Position numbers and translations under genes: made by a program. The notes below the pieces were generated by a model. That model made no database searches, had not been told where the DNA came from, and was given only the letters and a program-made list of their open reading frames with translations. From Gemmatimonadales bacterium (lineage in GTDB: Bacteria; Gemmatimonadota; Gemmatimonadetes; Gemmatimonadales; GWC2-71-9): DNA of 45,569 bases. The stretch spans positions 1 through 45,569 of the forward strand of contig DATAFP010000039.1 in NCBI GenBank assembly GCA_036257415.1. Direction: 5' to 3'. Shown here one piece after another: positions 1-9,934 of the stretch. The first letter of the stretch is position 1. Every line of letters begins with the position of its first letter.

Positions 1-1
1 G

Positions 2-535
2 GCGCCGCAAGCGATGGATGCGTTCGCCCTGGCGCTGGCTGCGCTCGGGCGGAGCGACCGTCCCGAAGCGGAGCGCTGGCTGGCCGAGCTCGAACGGCGA
101 TCGAAGACCGCGCCGACCGCCGACCGCTACGGGGCGAACGCGGAGATCGCGGGCATCCTGACGAAGGAGCTGCGCGCTTTGCTCGTCCTGGTCGACGGCC
201 ACAAGGACGAGGCGGTCGCCATGCTTCGGGAAGCGGCAGGTGCCGAAGACGCGCTGCCTCTCGAGTACGGCCCGCCCGACATTGTCAAGCCGAGCCACGA
301 GCTGTTGGGTGAGGTGCTGCTCGGATTGGCCGACGGGCGGGGCGCCCAGCGGGAGTTCGAGCGCTCACTTCAGCTCGCGCCTCGGCGCGCCCTCTCGCTC
401 CTGGGTCTCTCCCGCGCCGCCGTGATGAACGGCGACCGCGAGGCCGCCGCCCGCGCCCACGCCGAGCTCAGGCGGATCTGGCACCGGGCGGACGGCGACG
501 TCGCATGGGTGCAGGAAGTCGCGAGGAAGTGGTAG
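2..535 (+). CDS. TPR-like helical repeat protein, C-terminal fragment (5' end outside window)
   Basis: The frame is open from base 2 to TAG 533-535. The protein is Ala/Leu/Arg-rich with helical repeats. The segment LEYGPPDIVKPSHELLGEVLL aligns by eye with MVYIEPPYWHQPVRHLVGALLL of the 13402-14979 protein, which suggests a paralogue. Confidence 0.6.
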   Translation, partial: APQAMDAFALALAALGRSDRPEAERWLAELERRSKTAPTADRYGANAEIAGILTKELRALLVLVDGHKDEAVAMLREAAGAEDALPLEYGPPDIVKPSHELLGEVLLGLADGRGAQREFERSLQLAPRRALSLLGLSRAAVMNGDREAAARAHAELRRIWHRADGDVAWVQEVARKW

Positions 536-537
536 GG

Positions 538-1416
538 CTACTCCCTGGTGACGTCGTATTGCCCACACCCGGTATAGTCGATCGTGACCGTGGACGTGGC
601 GCCGGTACGCGTCACGACGAGCGTGAGCGTGCCGGCATCGAACCGAGGCGCGTCGGTACATGCCGCGTTGTAGTGCAGCGCGGGATTGGTCGTGACCGAC
701 GCGCTCCAGGTCACGTCCTCATGCCTCCAACTGGACGTCCCGCTGATGTCCCAGGTACCGCTGGGCAGGGACTGGTTTCGCGCAATGCTGCCCGGGCTAT
801 CGGCGGTGAAGTCGGATGACCAGGTTCGGGTGTGGGTAGTGACCGACCCATTGGCGTGAGTGAAGGCGGTGGTGAAACCGGTGACGTCGTGGTGGAGCGC
901 GTCCGCGTCTCCCGTGATGGTGCGAACCCCGTTCCTGAGGGCGGAGACCGTGGCGTCGCTCGCGATCCGCTCGCGCGTGGTAAGGAAGTCGATGAACCGG
1001 ACTCGTCGCGCCCAATCCAGATCCGTCGGCGTCGGGTCCACCAGGTCGACGATGCCGGCCCGGGTGATCGTGCGGAGTGGCAGCGAGAGCACACACGGCG
1101 GGTCGAACGCGAAGCGCACCGAGTCGGGTACGATGTCGCCGTCCTGATCGGCGGGTGTGGGACTCACGCCGGGCGCCGGGCTGCACTGCCCGCCGAACGG
1201 CGAGAGCGCGACGCTGAAGCTGGCGGCGTCCGCCGTCGTCGAAGACAACCCGTCGGCCTGCGCGTCGGCGTCATCGCTCACTACCTCCGCCGCGAACTCG
1301 GCCTGGGCCTGCGTCAGACCACTGCTTGATGGGCCCGCTCCGTCGTCACTGCACGCCGCCACGCCCAACAACACGAGCCCCGCGGTCGCGGTGTGCCACT
1401 GCAAGATCTTGCGCAT
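538..1416 (-). CDS. exported lipoprotein, unknown function
   Basis: The ORF extends to 1539, but the internal ATG at 1416 gives MRKILQWHTATAGLVLLGVAAC, a signal peptide with a lipobox Cys. The mature part is Thr/Ser/Asp-rich and has no motif I recognise. Confidence 0.6.
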   Translation of the reverse strand: MRKILQWHTATAGLVLLGVAACSDDGAGPSSSGLTQAQAEFAAEVVSDDADAQADGLSSTTADAASFSVALSPFGGQCSPAPGVSPTPADQDGDIVPDSVRFAFDPPCVLSLPLRTITRAGIVDLVDPTPTDLDWARRVRFIDFLTTRERIASDATVSALRNGVRTITGDADALHHDVTGFTTAFTHANGSVTTHTRTWSSDFTADSPGSIARNQSLPSGTWDISGTSSWRHEDVTWSASVTTNPALHYNAACTDAPRFDAGTLTLVVTRTGATSTVTIDYTGCGQYDVTRE

Positions 1417-1544
1417 GATCGCTGCTCCTGGGATCGGGTTTCGCTGCTCGTACGCCTGAGACGTTGGCGTCGCGACCGGAGCGATAGGACGGCCGGGCGG
1501 AAGCGGCGTTAACACTTGAACCGTTTTGAGAGGGACCATACCCG

Positions 1545-3302
1545 ATGCGCCGTTGGTCTATCTTCGCGCTCGCCGGGCTCGCGACCGCTGCTGGTGCGCC
1601 GTCGAGTGCCGCCCAGGAGTCTCCCGTGTCCGCCCTCGCGACCGAGTATGTGGCGGCGCTGGTTGCGCGCGAGCCCGAGCGATTGACGTATCAGGGCGTG
1701 CCGGGCGCGGCGCACGACCAGCTCCTCGACAACTCGCGCGCCGCGCTGGAACGCTGGCATCGGCTGGAAGACGCGTTGCTCGCGCGGGTTCGCCGGTTCG
1801 AGCCTCCGACGCCGGGTGAGCGCGACTGGACCACGTACGCCATCATGCTCGACGCACTGGACGCATCCGTGGGTCACCGAGTGTGCCGCTCCGAATTGTG
1901 GGCGGTCCGGACGTCGGGCGGATTGCAGAATCGACTGAGCCTGCTGGCGCGGGCACAGCCGGTCGGCAGCGACAGCCTGCGCGCCCAGGCGTTGACCCGC
2001 TGGCGGCGAGTGCCGCGCTACGTCGACACCGAGATCGCAAACCTGAGGGAAGGGGTGCGGCAGGGGTACGTCGCTCCGCGGCCGGTGGTTGCCGCCGTGA
2101 TCCGGGATGTAGCGCAGATGCTCGCCGCCGCGCCGGATTCCTCCCCCCTCGCCTCACCTGCCCAGCGGGACTCGTCCGCCGAGTTTCGCGGCGCGTTCGT
2201 CGGTGTGGTGGCGAATGAGGTCAATCCGGCCCTCGAGCGGTATCGCGCCTTCCTGGCGGATGAGTATCTCGCGCAGGCCCGCACCAGCATCGCCGCCTCC
2301 GCTGTCCCGGCGGGTCTTGCGTGTTATCGCGCGTCGGTGCGGCGGTCCACCACACTCGATTTGCCGGGCGACTCGATCTTCGAGCGGGGAACCAGGGAGC
2401 TCGCCCGGCTCGAGCGCGCCATCGGCGAGCTGGGCCAGCGGGTCCTCGGCACGAGCCACGTGCCGACCGTGCTGCGGCGACTGCGCACCGATACGGCGCT
2501 GACGTTCCGCACTCGCCAGGAGATCATGGATACCACGAACGCCGCGATCGCCCGGGCCAGCGCTGCGTTACCCAAGTGGTTCGGTATCCTGCCGAAGGCG
2601 GAGCTGGTGGTGGAGCAACAGCCGGAGTACCAGCAGCGGGCTGGGAATGTGGCGTACTATAACCGGCCTTCGGAGGACGGGACCCGCCCCGGAATCTTCT
2701 TCATCAACACGTTCGCGCCGGAGCAGCAGAGCCGCGCCCGCATTGAAAGCACCGCATTTCACGAAGCCGTCCCCGGGCACCATCTGCAGGTGACGATCGC
2801 CGCGGAGCGGGGCGAATCGCATCCGCTGGCACGCCTGCTCTTCAACTCCGGATATGGCGAGGGCTGGGCGCTCTACGCCGAGACCGTGGCCGGGGAGATG
2901 GGAGTGTACAGCTCCGCTGTGGCTCGACTCGGGCTGCTCACCAGTCAGGCATTTCGCGCAACGCGAATGGTGCTGGATGCCGGAATCCACACCAAGGGGT
3001 GGACGCGAGAGCAGGCTGTCGAGTTTCTGGCAGCGCATTCGGTGGTGGCGCCGAAGACGGTCGAAAGTGAGGTCGATCGGTACATCTCGATGCCCGGGCA
3101 GGCGTCGTCCTACATGCTGGGCAACCTGGAAATTCGCGCGCTGCGCACCGAAGCCGAACGGCGGATGGGCAAACGGTTCGACATTCGCCAATTCCACGAC
3201 CGGGTGCTGGAGGATGGCTCGCTACCGCTTCCGACGCTGAGATCCAAAGTCCTCGCCTGGCTGGACACCGTAGCTCCGGTTCGCGACGGGGCGAGCAATT
3301 GA
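1545..3302 (+). CDS. DUF885 family protein (metallopeptidase-like fold), exported
   Basis: N-terminal signal peptide MRRWSIFALAGLATAAGAPSSAAQ. Contains FHEAVPGHHLQ and a YGEGWALY block typical of DUF885. Length is 585 aa. Confidence 0.7.
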   Translation: MRRWSIFALAGLATAAGAPSSAAQESPVSALATEYVAALVAREPERLTYQGVPGAAHDQLLDNSRAALERWHRLEDALLARVRRFEPPTPGERDWTTYAIMLDALDASVGHRVCRSELWAVRTSGGLQNRLSLLARAQPVGSDSLRAQALTRWRRVPRYVDTEIANLREGVRQGYVAPRPVVAAVIRDVAQMLAAAPDSSPLASPAQRDSSAEFRGAFVGVVANEVNPALERYRAFLADEYLAQARTSIAASAVPAGLACYRASVRRSTTLDLPGDSIFERGTRELARLERAIGELGQRVLGTSHVPTVLRRLRTDTALTFRTRQEIMDTTNAAIARASAALPKWFGILPKAELVVEQQPEYQQRAGNVAYYNRPSEDGTRPGIFFINTFAPEQQSRARIESTAFHEAVPGHHLQVTIAAERGESHPLARLLFNSGYGEGWALYAETVAGEMGVYSSAVARLGLLTSQAFRATRMVLDAGIHTKGWTREQAVEFLAAHSVVAPKTVESEVDRYISMPGQASSYMLGNLEIRALRTEAERRMGKRFDIRQFHDRVLEDGSLPLPTLRSKVLAWLDTVAPVRDGASN

Positions 3303-3317
3303 CGCGACTGGTTCGGC

Positions 3318-4955
3318 TCAACGGCGCCGGCAGGCTGCCAGCAGCTGTCGCGGCGCGGGATGATTGGGGAATAGGGCCCGGGCGCGTTCGGCGTGGGGCC
3401 GCGCCAGGTCGCAGCGTCCGCGGTTTCTCCAGGCGTATCCCAACAGCATGCTGATCCGATAGCTCCCGGGGTCGATGCGGGCGGCACGCTCCATCGCCGA
3501 CAGTCGTCCCGATTCGCCGTACGCGGCCATCGACCATAGCTGGCTCGCATTCCGCGCGGCGAACACCAACCCGGCCGCTGTGACCACGGCGGCGAGCTGG
3601 ACCGCCCGTTTCTTCTCCACGTCGATCTCCCAGATGGGCCGCTTGGGCGCCCGTGCCAGGAGGCCGAGCGCCGCCCACACGAAGAACGTCGGAGCGGGAA
3701 GCAAGAGCACGGCGTCGAAGCTCCCCACCACGCCCCCCGTCGCCAGGATCAAGATGAGGGTCAGGCTCTCCGTTCCTTCGGTCGTCTCCGGCGCCATTCG
3801 CCAGCGGCGCCACGCCCCGATCGCGAGCGCCCCGGCCACTCCAGCCAGGGCCATCGTGGCGAGCGCTCCCCGTTCAGCCAGGGAGGCAATCCAGTCGCTG
3901 CTGGGCCAGGGGTTGGTGGGGATGAAATCGTTGGGATCGAACCCCGGATCTTCCGGGGTGGTGTACGCGGGATAGGCGACCGGCCAGTTGCCCGGCCCGA
4001 CTCCGAGAACCGGGTGGCCGGCCGCCATGCGGAGGGAGTTCTGGTACTGCACCAGGCGACCTCGGCCGCTCCCCTCCTTGTAGTTGGCGACGTCCTTGAG
4101 TGAATCCAGGTAGGGCGAGTCGGAGCGCCACTCCAGGGTGTTGGGCAGCACCATCGCAAGCAGGCCGCCCACCGCGAGCGCCAGAGCGAACAAGAGAATT
4201 CGGCGCCGGCTGATGACGTCGCGCCAGAGAAATCCGAACCAGAGTCCTTCGACCGCAAGAATTGCCACGGCGGCCAGCGTCCCGAGCCACGCGGCCCGCG
4301 AGCGGGAGAGAACCAGCGCGGCGCCGAGGATGACGCCACCGGCCGCGGGCAGCCAGGCCTCGCGCCGGCGCCGGGATTCGAGCGTGGCCAGGAGCAGCAC
4401 CGGAATCCCGAGGGCCACGAAGTGGGCCATGAAGTTTCGGTTGCCGAACGCCCCGCCGGGGGCTCGTCGCTCGGCGAACAGCGTCGATTCGACGCCGTAC
4501 GCCTGGAGCAGCGCCGTGACTGCGGCGAGGACCACGCCCGCGGCCAGGGTGAGCAGCAACTGACGGGCGAGCCCGGCCGAACGCAACGCCCGCGCGGTCC
4601 AGAACACCAGCGCGCCGGACGCGGTGATGCCGAGGGAGCGGACCGCGAGCCAGTGATTGGTGGCGAACAGGGCGGAAAGGAACGACAGCGCCACGAAGGC
4701 GGCCACCAGGGCGTCGGCGAGCGAGAGCGACAGCCGCCGCACCCGGGAGAGACAGAGCGCCGCCCCGCCCGCGGCCGCAAGGTGCAGCGCGAGCTCCTTG
4801 GGCACCGCATGCCGCTCGAGATCGAAGAGCGTGAACGGCGCCGCGACGAGCACAGTCGCCACGGCACCGGCCTGGAGCAACAAGAGCGCGAGCCGGGCCG
4901 CACGGTCGGGCGCGGGGCGGGTTCGAAGCTCAGCGCCGGGTGAAGCGGTCGCCAT
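3318..4955 (-). CDS. O-antigen ligase/polymerase-like polytopic membrane protein with C-terminal TPR
   Basis: Many TM helices, a GNRNFMAHFVALGIPVLLL Wzy_C-like block and a C-terminal TPR-like tail. The start was chosen at ATG 4955. The longest ORF starts at 5000. Both starts overlap the 3' end of the upstream M48 gene. Confidence 0.65.
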   Translation of the reverse strand: MATASPGAELRTRPAPDRAARLALLLLQAGAVATVLVAAPFTLFDLERHAVPKELALHLAAAGGAALCLSRVRRLSLSLADALVAAFVALSFLSALFATNHWLAVRSLGITASGALVFWTARALRSAGLARQLLLTLAAGVVLAAVTALLQAYGVESTLFAERRAPGGAFGNRNFMAHFVALGIPVLLLATLESRRRREAWLPAAGGVILGAALVLSRSRAAWLGTLAAVAILAVEGLWFGFLWRDVISRRRILLFALALAVGGLLAMVLPNTLEWRSDSPYLDSLKDVANYKEGSGRGRLVQYQNSLRMAAGHPVLGVGPGNWPVAYPAYTTPEDPGFDPNDFIPTNPWPSSDWIASLAERGALATMALAGVAGALAIGAWRRWRMAPETTEGTESLTLILILATGGVVGSFDAVLLLPAPTFFVWAALGLLARAPKRPIWEIDVEKKRAVQLAAVVTAAGLVFAARNASQLWSMAAYGESGRLSAMERAARIDPGSYRISMLLGYAWRNRGRCDLARPHAERARALFPNHPAPRQLLAACRRR

Positions 4956-6126
4956 ACCGGAGCCGATGACCGGTAACCCAGGGACGATACTGGTTCGCAA
5001 AGGTGATGCGTTCCGCCAGACTAGGGTGTGCGGCGCGCCAGACCCGGTAGATCGGCGCCGGCCGGGGAACCGACAGGTTCTCCTGCTGCAACTTCACGAA
5101 CGCGGTCGCGGCCGCGTGATTGTCGCGGGTGAGCTCGAGCCCGAAGCGGTCCGCTTCGTGTTCCTGATACCGCGAGATGGCGAGCCCGAGTGGTTGAACG
5201 ATGAACGACACCACCGACGCGAGCAACAGAAGCAGCGGCGCGGAGGCCGGATCGTCGACGCGGCCGAAGCCGAAGACCGGTCCGAATCTCCTGAGCAGCG
5301 CGCCCGCCGTGCGGTGAATGAACCACAATGAGAAGGCGATCAGGAGCCAGTTGAGGACCAGCGAGACCAAAACATGCCGGAGCACGTAATGGCCCATCTC
5401 GTGGCCGAGGACGAAGAGGATCTCGTCCGGCGCCAACTTGTCGAGCAGCGTGTCGTAGAGCACGATCCGCTTCGTGCCGCCGAACCCGGTGACGTAGGCG
5501 TTGATGGCGCGGGTATCGACCGCCTTTTCGACCTCGAATACCCGGCTGCTATCGATGCCGGCCCGCGACGCCTGTTCGAGGATGCGAGCCTCGAGGGCGG
5601 CATCAGACAGCGGTCGGAATTCGTTGTAGAGCGGCGCAACCCACACCGGGACGACGATGAAGGTGGCGACCAGAAACGGGAGCGCGGCGGCGGCGGTCCA
5701 CATCCACCAGCGCCGCGGGCTCAGCCGCAGCAGGGCATACGGCACGATGGCCACCAGCGGCGCCACCACCAGCGCCAGCGCGAGCGAGGTCAGGGAGTCC
5801 GAGACCCATTTGCCCAGAGTCTGGTTGGAGAGACCGTAGGCATGCTCACGCACGTATTGCATGTAGAAGGCGAGCGGCAAGGTCGCGACGCTCACCACCA
5901 ACGTCAGCAGCACGACGTACACCAGCAGCGTCCCGAGCCACCCCCGTCCAATCCGCCGCGCTCGGTCGCGCAGGCGCGCCGACCATCCGAACCAGAGCAA
6001 CGCCGCCGGCAACGCGAAGTCGATCGCCGTGTTCAGGACCCAGAGCGCATTCCCGGTGCGATGATAGCGGACCGCCAGCTCGCTCGGTTCGGGGATGGGG
6101 ACTGCTGCCTGCAGCACGGCGAACAA
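4930..6126 (-). CDS. M48 family (Ste24/HtpX-like) zinc metallopeptidase
   Basis: HEMGHYVLRH (HExxH) plus a downstream QEHEADRFG block, with N-terminal TM helices. Start is TTG at 6126; GTG 6117 is an alternative. Confidence 0.8.
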   Translation of the reverse strand: MFAVLQAAVPIPEPSELAVRYHRTGNALWVLNTAIDFALPAALLWFGWSARLRDRARRIGRGWLGTLLVYVVLLTLVVSVATLPLAFYMQYVREHAYGLSNQTLGKWVSDSLTSLALALVVAPLVAIVPYALLRLSPRRWWMWTAAAALPFLVATFIVVPVWVAPLYNEFRPLSDAALEARILEQASRAGIDSSRVFEVEKAVDTRAINAYVTGFGGTKRIVLYDTLLDKLAPDEILFVLGHEMGHYVLRHVLVSLVLNWLLIAFSLWFIHRTAGALLRRFGPVFGFGRVDDPASAPLLLLLASVVSFIVQPLGLAISRYQEHEADRFGLELTRDNHAAATAFVKLQQENLSVPRPAPIYRVWRAAHPSLAERITFANQYRPWVTGHRLRYGDRFTRR

Positions 6127-6181
6127 TGGATCGACCGAAATAACCCCTCCAAGCTATCGGGCCCGCGAAGTACAATTGGAC

Positions 6182-7042
6182 ATGCCCGAGGACAATCCAG
6201 CGTTGGTCTCCACGTCCTGGCTTGCGGCGCGTCTGGGTCGCGCTGACCTGCGGGTTGTCGACGCGTCCTGGTACTTGCCCACGAGCGGCCGGGATGCCGT
6301 CGCGGAGTTCGCGGCGGGCCACGTTCCCGGGGCGGTCTTCTACGATCTCGACGCTACCAGTGACGACACGACGTCGCTGCCGCACATGTTGCCCCCCGCG
6401 CAGCGGTTCGCGGAGCGCATGAGCGAATTGGGCTTGAGCGACGGCGACTCGATCGTGGTGTACGACGGATCGGGCGTGAATCTAAGCGCACCGAGGGCTT
6501 GGTGGACCCTCCGCGTGTTTGGCCATGAGCGGGTCGCGTTGCTCGACGGCGGCTTGGTCAAATGGAAGGCGGAGGGTCGGCCGCTCGAGAGGGACACGCC
6601 CGCCCCGAGGCGCGGCCGGTTCACCGCGCGACTCGACCCCCAGCGGGTTCGCCGCCTCCCCGACCTGGTCGCCAATCTCGCCGCCCGCGGCGAACAGGTG
6701 GTCGATACCCGCTCGGCCTCGCGGTTCGACGGCTCGGAGCCGGAGTTCCGGCCGGGCGTCCGGAGCGGCCACATGCCTGACAGCCGCAACCTTCCCTTCA
6801 CCGAGCTGGTCGCACCCGACGGCACCTACTTGCCGTCGGAGGCGCTCCGACGGCGCCTCGCCGCGGCGGGGGTGGATCTCGACCGACCCGTGGTCGCGAC
6901 CTGCGGCTCCGGGACCAGCGCGTGCAGCCTGGTGTTCGCCCTGCACCTGCTGGGGCACGACCAGGTCGCCGTCTACGACGGGGCCTGGGCCGAGTGGGGC
7001 GGGCGGTCCGATACGCCGGTCGAGCTGGGGCCCCCGGGTTGA
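6182..7042 (+). CDS. sseA: 3-mercaptopyruvate/thiosulfate sulfurtransferase (tandem rhodanese)
   Basis: Two rhodanese halves and an active-site loop CGSGTSAC of the mercaptopyruvate-sulfurtransferase type (CGSGxTA). The start was moved to ATG 6182 (MPEDNPALVSTSWLAARL); the longest ORF starts at 6095. Confidence 0.8.
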   Translation: MPEDNPALVSTSWLAARLGRADLRVVDASWYLPTSGRDAVAEFAAGHVPGAVFYDLDATSDDTTSLPHMLPPAQRFAERMSELGLSDGDSIVVYDGSGVNLSAPRAWWTLRVFGHERVALLDGGLVKWKAEGRPLERDTPAPRRGRFTARLDPQRVRRLPDLVANLAARGEQVVDTRSASRFDGSEPEFRPGVRSGHMPDSRNLPFTELVAPDGTYLPSEALRRRLAAAGVDLDRPVVATCGSGTSACSLVFALHLLGHDQVAVYDGAWAEWGGRSDTPVELGPPG

Positions 7043-7056
7043 ACTCCCGGCCTGCC

Positions 7057-8508
7057 GTGGGGTTCGGCTGTGCCGCCTTGTTCTGCGTTCCGTTCATCGC
7101 GTTCGGAGTCGGTGGGATGGCGCTCGCCGTGCCGAAATTCGTCGGGGGCGAGCGAGCCGGTGGCGCCGCGCTCGGGTTCTTCGGGCTGGTCTTCGGAATC
7201 GTCGGGGTAAGCGGCCTTGCGGCCGTGGTCGCTGGTCGGCGCGAGAGCCAGCGGCGCGGCCGGGCTCAGGAGCAGTATCCCGACGAGCCCTGGCGCTGGC
7301 GGCAGGATTGGGCGGCAGGTCAGGCCAAGGACGTCAACCGAAGCGCGGCAGCCGGCCTGTGGGGGTTCGCCGCACTGTGGAATCTGATCGCCCTCCCCGC
7401 CGCTTTCTTCGGCATCCGCGACGCCATCGCAAAGCACAATTCGGCGGCGTGGCTGGTGCTGCTGTTTCCCGCGGTCGGCCTCGGACTCCTCGGCGCCGCG
7501 GCCCGCGCCTCGATGCGCTTCCGGAAGTTCGGCGCGTCCCGGCTCGATCTGGTGACTGTCCCCGCCGCGGTCGGTCATGGCCTCGGCGGCGTGATCCGTA
7601 CGCCGGCCGACGTGCGCCCGGCCGATGGATTCTCCCTCACGCTGTCCTGTATCCGGGTCCGTCGCACCGGCTCCGGGAAGAATCGGTCGACCCACGAAAC
7701 CATGCTGTGGCAGGAAGAGAAGCGGGTCGCCGGGCAACGAGGCGCCGGAGGGCCGGGGGATGGGTTGGTCACCAATATTCCCGTGGCGTTTCGCATCCCG
7801 GCGGACGCCGCATCCTACGATGATGCAAATCCCAGTGATCGAGTCGTCTGGAGGCTCCACGCCTCGGCCAGCGTACCCGGCGTGGACTACACGTCGGTGT
7901 TCGAGGTTCCCGTCTTCCGCACCGCCGCCAGCGACACCGCGCCCGGTCCGGAGGTCGAGCGGTTGCTGGGCAAGCAGGCGTCCGCTGCCGCATGGATCCA
8001 GCCGGCAGACTCGCCCATTCGAGTCACCACCCGGGGCGGCGCCACTGAGGTGCTGTTCCCACCCGGTCGGAACCGACGCGCTGCGCTCGGCACCACGCTG
8101 TTCGCCGCGGTCTGGGGCGCCGCGGTGACCGCAGTGTTCGTGCTCGACGCGCCGATCGGATTCAAGGTCGCCTTCGCGCTGGTCGAGGGGCTCGTTCTGT
8201 ATGCGGTGCTGCGACTCTGGTTTCGGGTGGTGCTGGTGACCGCCGATCGCGATCGTCTGAGCGTGGCGGCGGGGTTCGGCGCCCCGGGTGAGCCGCGCAC
8301 GCTGCCGGCCGGCGACGTGATGCAGATCGAGGTGCGGATCGGAATGCAGTCGGGCGAACGGGTGTGGTACGACCTCTGTGCGGTCGCTTACGATGGCCGA
8401 ACGCTGGGCGTCGGTGGTGGCATCAAGGACAAGCGGGAAGCGGAATGGATTGCGGCGCAGCTCAGACAAGCGCTGGGCCGCCCGTCGGAAAGCGGCGCCG
8501 CGTCGTAG
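7057..8508 (+). CDS. polytopic membrane protein, unknown function
   Basis: GTG 7057 is the first start after the sseA stop. By eye there are about six TM helices in three pairs, separated by two soluble segments. I see no catalytic motif. Confidence 0.5.
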   Translation: MGFGCAALFCVPFIAFGVGGMALAVPKFVGGERAGGAALGFFGLVFGIVGVSGLAAVVAGRRESQRRGRAQEQYPDEPWRWRQDWAAGQAKDVNRSAAAGLWGFAALWNLIALPAAFFGIRDAIAKHNSAAWLVLLFPAVGLGLLGAAARASMRFRKFGASRLDLVTVPAAVGHGLGGVIRTPADVRPADGFSLTLSCIRVRRTGSGKNRSTHETMLWQEEKRVAGQRGAGGPGDGLVTNIPVAFRIPADAASYDDANPSDRVVWRLHASASVPGVDYTSVFEVPVFRTAASDTAPGPEVERLLGKQASAAAWIQPADSPIRVTTRGGATEVLFPPGRNRRAALGTTLFAAVWGAAVTAVFVLDAPIGFKVAFALVEGLVLYAVLRLWFRVVLVTADRDRLSVAAGFGAPGEPRTLPAGDVMQIEVRIGMQSGERVWYDLCAVAYDGRTLGVGGGIKDKREAEWIAAQLRQALGRPSESGAAS

Positions 8509-8523
8509 CGTTTTGCGAGCCGG

Positions 8524-8913
8524 TTACGGTCCGGCCACCAGCGCGGCGAACGCCGCGGGGTCGCTGCGGCGGCGCTCGACCCAATGCACGATCTCCCAGG
8601 AATCGTAGACCACCCCGCCGTCAGGCCCCGGGGTGGCGGGAATCTTGAGCGCGGTAAGGGTCTCGGCATCGACGCCGAGGATGCGGGCGGCCTCGTCCGC
8701 GGCGACCGGGCGGGGGCGCTCACGAAGCTCCTCCACCGCTTGTGCCTCGGGTCGATCGTTCGGAATCGCAAGCAGCCGGCGCCGCCGGGTGCGGCGGCGC
8801 GACCGCGCGAGCCGCTGGGCGGCGAGTGCCAGAAGGCCTGCGACCACGAGCACGACCACGGCGAGGGTAGCCGAGGACGGCCGCGAGCGGCGACGACGCG
8901 CGAAGATGGGCAT
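8524..8913 (-). CDS. membrane-anchored helix-turn-helix (excisionase/MerR-like HTH) protein
   Basis: ATG 8913 gives MPIFARRRR followed by the TM helix LAVVVLVVAGLLALAA. The C-terminal AADEAARILGVDAETLTAL...WEIVHWV resembles an HTH_17-type domain. Confidence 0.5.
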   Translation of the reverse strand: MPIFARRRRSRPSSATLAVVVLVVAGLLALAAQRLARSRRRTRRRRLLAIPNDRPEAQAVEELRERPRPVAADEAARILGVDAETLTALKIPATPGPDGGVVYDSWEIVHWVERRRSDPAAFAALVAGP

Positions 8914-9022
8914 GACCCAATCATGTGCGCGGTGCCGCCGCGCCGCGGTGACCGAGGGCACACGGTCCGCTCGCCCGGCCTCGGGACTACATTCCCCGTT
9001 TTCCGTTCAGGGCAGGTTCGGT

Positions 9023-9934
9023 TTGAATTCGAACCCCACGCACCGCACCACGCACATCCTGGGCTCCCATACGGTCGATTCCGGCGGCATCGACCAGGCG
9101 GTGCGGCGCGCCGCCGGCGCCGGCCTCCGGTCGGTGCAGATCTTCAGCGCGATCCCCAAGTACTACGGCGACAAGGTGTCGATCCGTCCCGAGCGGGTGG
9201 CGCGGTTCCGCAGCGCGGTCGACGAGTGCGGATTGCAGCTCGAGCACATGGTGGTCCATGCCGCTTACGTCCTCAACTTCGCTGCCGCCGAAGAGGAGAA
9301 GCGGGTCCGCGCCGCGGGCGGCCTCCTCAAGGAGCTCGAGCGCTCGACATCGCTCGGGGTCGGGGGCGTGTGCTTCCACCCGGGAGCCGCCACTGACGGC
9401 GATCGCGAGACTGGTATCGCGCGGGTGGCCGCCGCCATGACCTTCGCCCTGGACCAGGTTCCCGGGAATACTCGCCTCTGGGTGGAGAACACCGCCGGGG
9501 GCGGCGCAACCCTGGGCAAGACCGCGGCCGAGGTCGGCGCGATCCTCGACCTGGTTCCGGCCAGGCATCGCGGACGGATCGGCTACGGGCTCGACACCTG
9601 CCATCTATTCGCCTCGGGCCATGACATCTCGCAGTCGCCTGACGCGTTTCGAGCCATCCTCGACCAGTTTCAGCAGGCTGCCGGCGGGCCGCCGTCGTTC
9701 TTTCACCTCAATGACAGCAGCGGTGCGCTGGGGTCCAACTTCGACCGACACACGCTGATCGGTGAGGGCGCCATCGGCGTCGAGCCGTTCCGCTGGCTGC
9801 TGGCGGACCAGCGGTCGAGCAGGGTCCCGCTGATTCTGGAAACACCGCAGCAGAACCCCGCGATTCCGGGCGAAGACCCTTCCCCGGACCCCTGGGATAT
9901 CCGCATGATGGAGCTGCTCTCGTCGCTGGCATGA
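9023..9934 (+). CDS. nfo: endonuclease IV (AP endonuclease family 2)
   Basis: Endo IV metal-ligand blocks are present: HAAYVLNF, FHPG, VENTAGGG, DTCHLFASGHD, HLNDS and ILETP. The start is uncertain. TTG 9023 was chosen because upstream in-frame ATGs (8906/8912) would overlap the divergent gene's start. Confidence 0.8.
   Translation: MNSNPTHRTTHILGSHTVDSGGIDQAVRRAAGAGLRSVQIFSAIPKYYGDKVSIRPERVARFRSAVDECGLQLEHMVVHAAYVLNFAAAEEEKRVRAAGGLLKELERSTSLGVGGVCFHPGAATDGDRETGIARVAAAMTFALDQVPGNTRLWVENTAGGGATLGKTAAEVGAILDLVPARHRGRIGYGLDTCHLFASGHDISQSPDAFRAILDQFQQAAGGPPSFFHLNDSSGALGSNFDRHTLIGEGAIGVEPFRWLLADQRSSRVPLILETPQQNPAIPGEDPSPDPWDIRMMELLSSLA

Noticed and set aside
8633-9022. A 130-codon N-terminal extension of the nfo ORF.
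   Set aside because: The extension is Arg/Ser/Ala-rich and overlaps the divergent HTH gene (8524-8913), including its start. The endonuclease IV fold begins near HILGSH, so a start near 9023 is more plausible.
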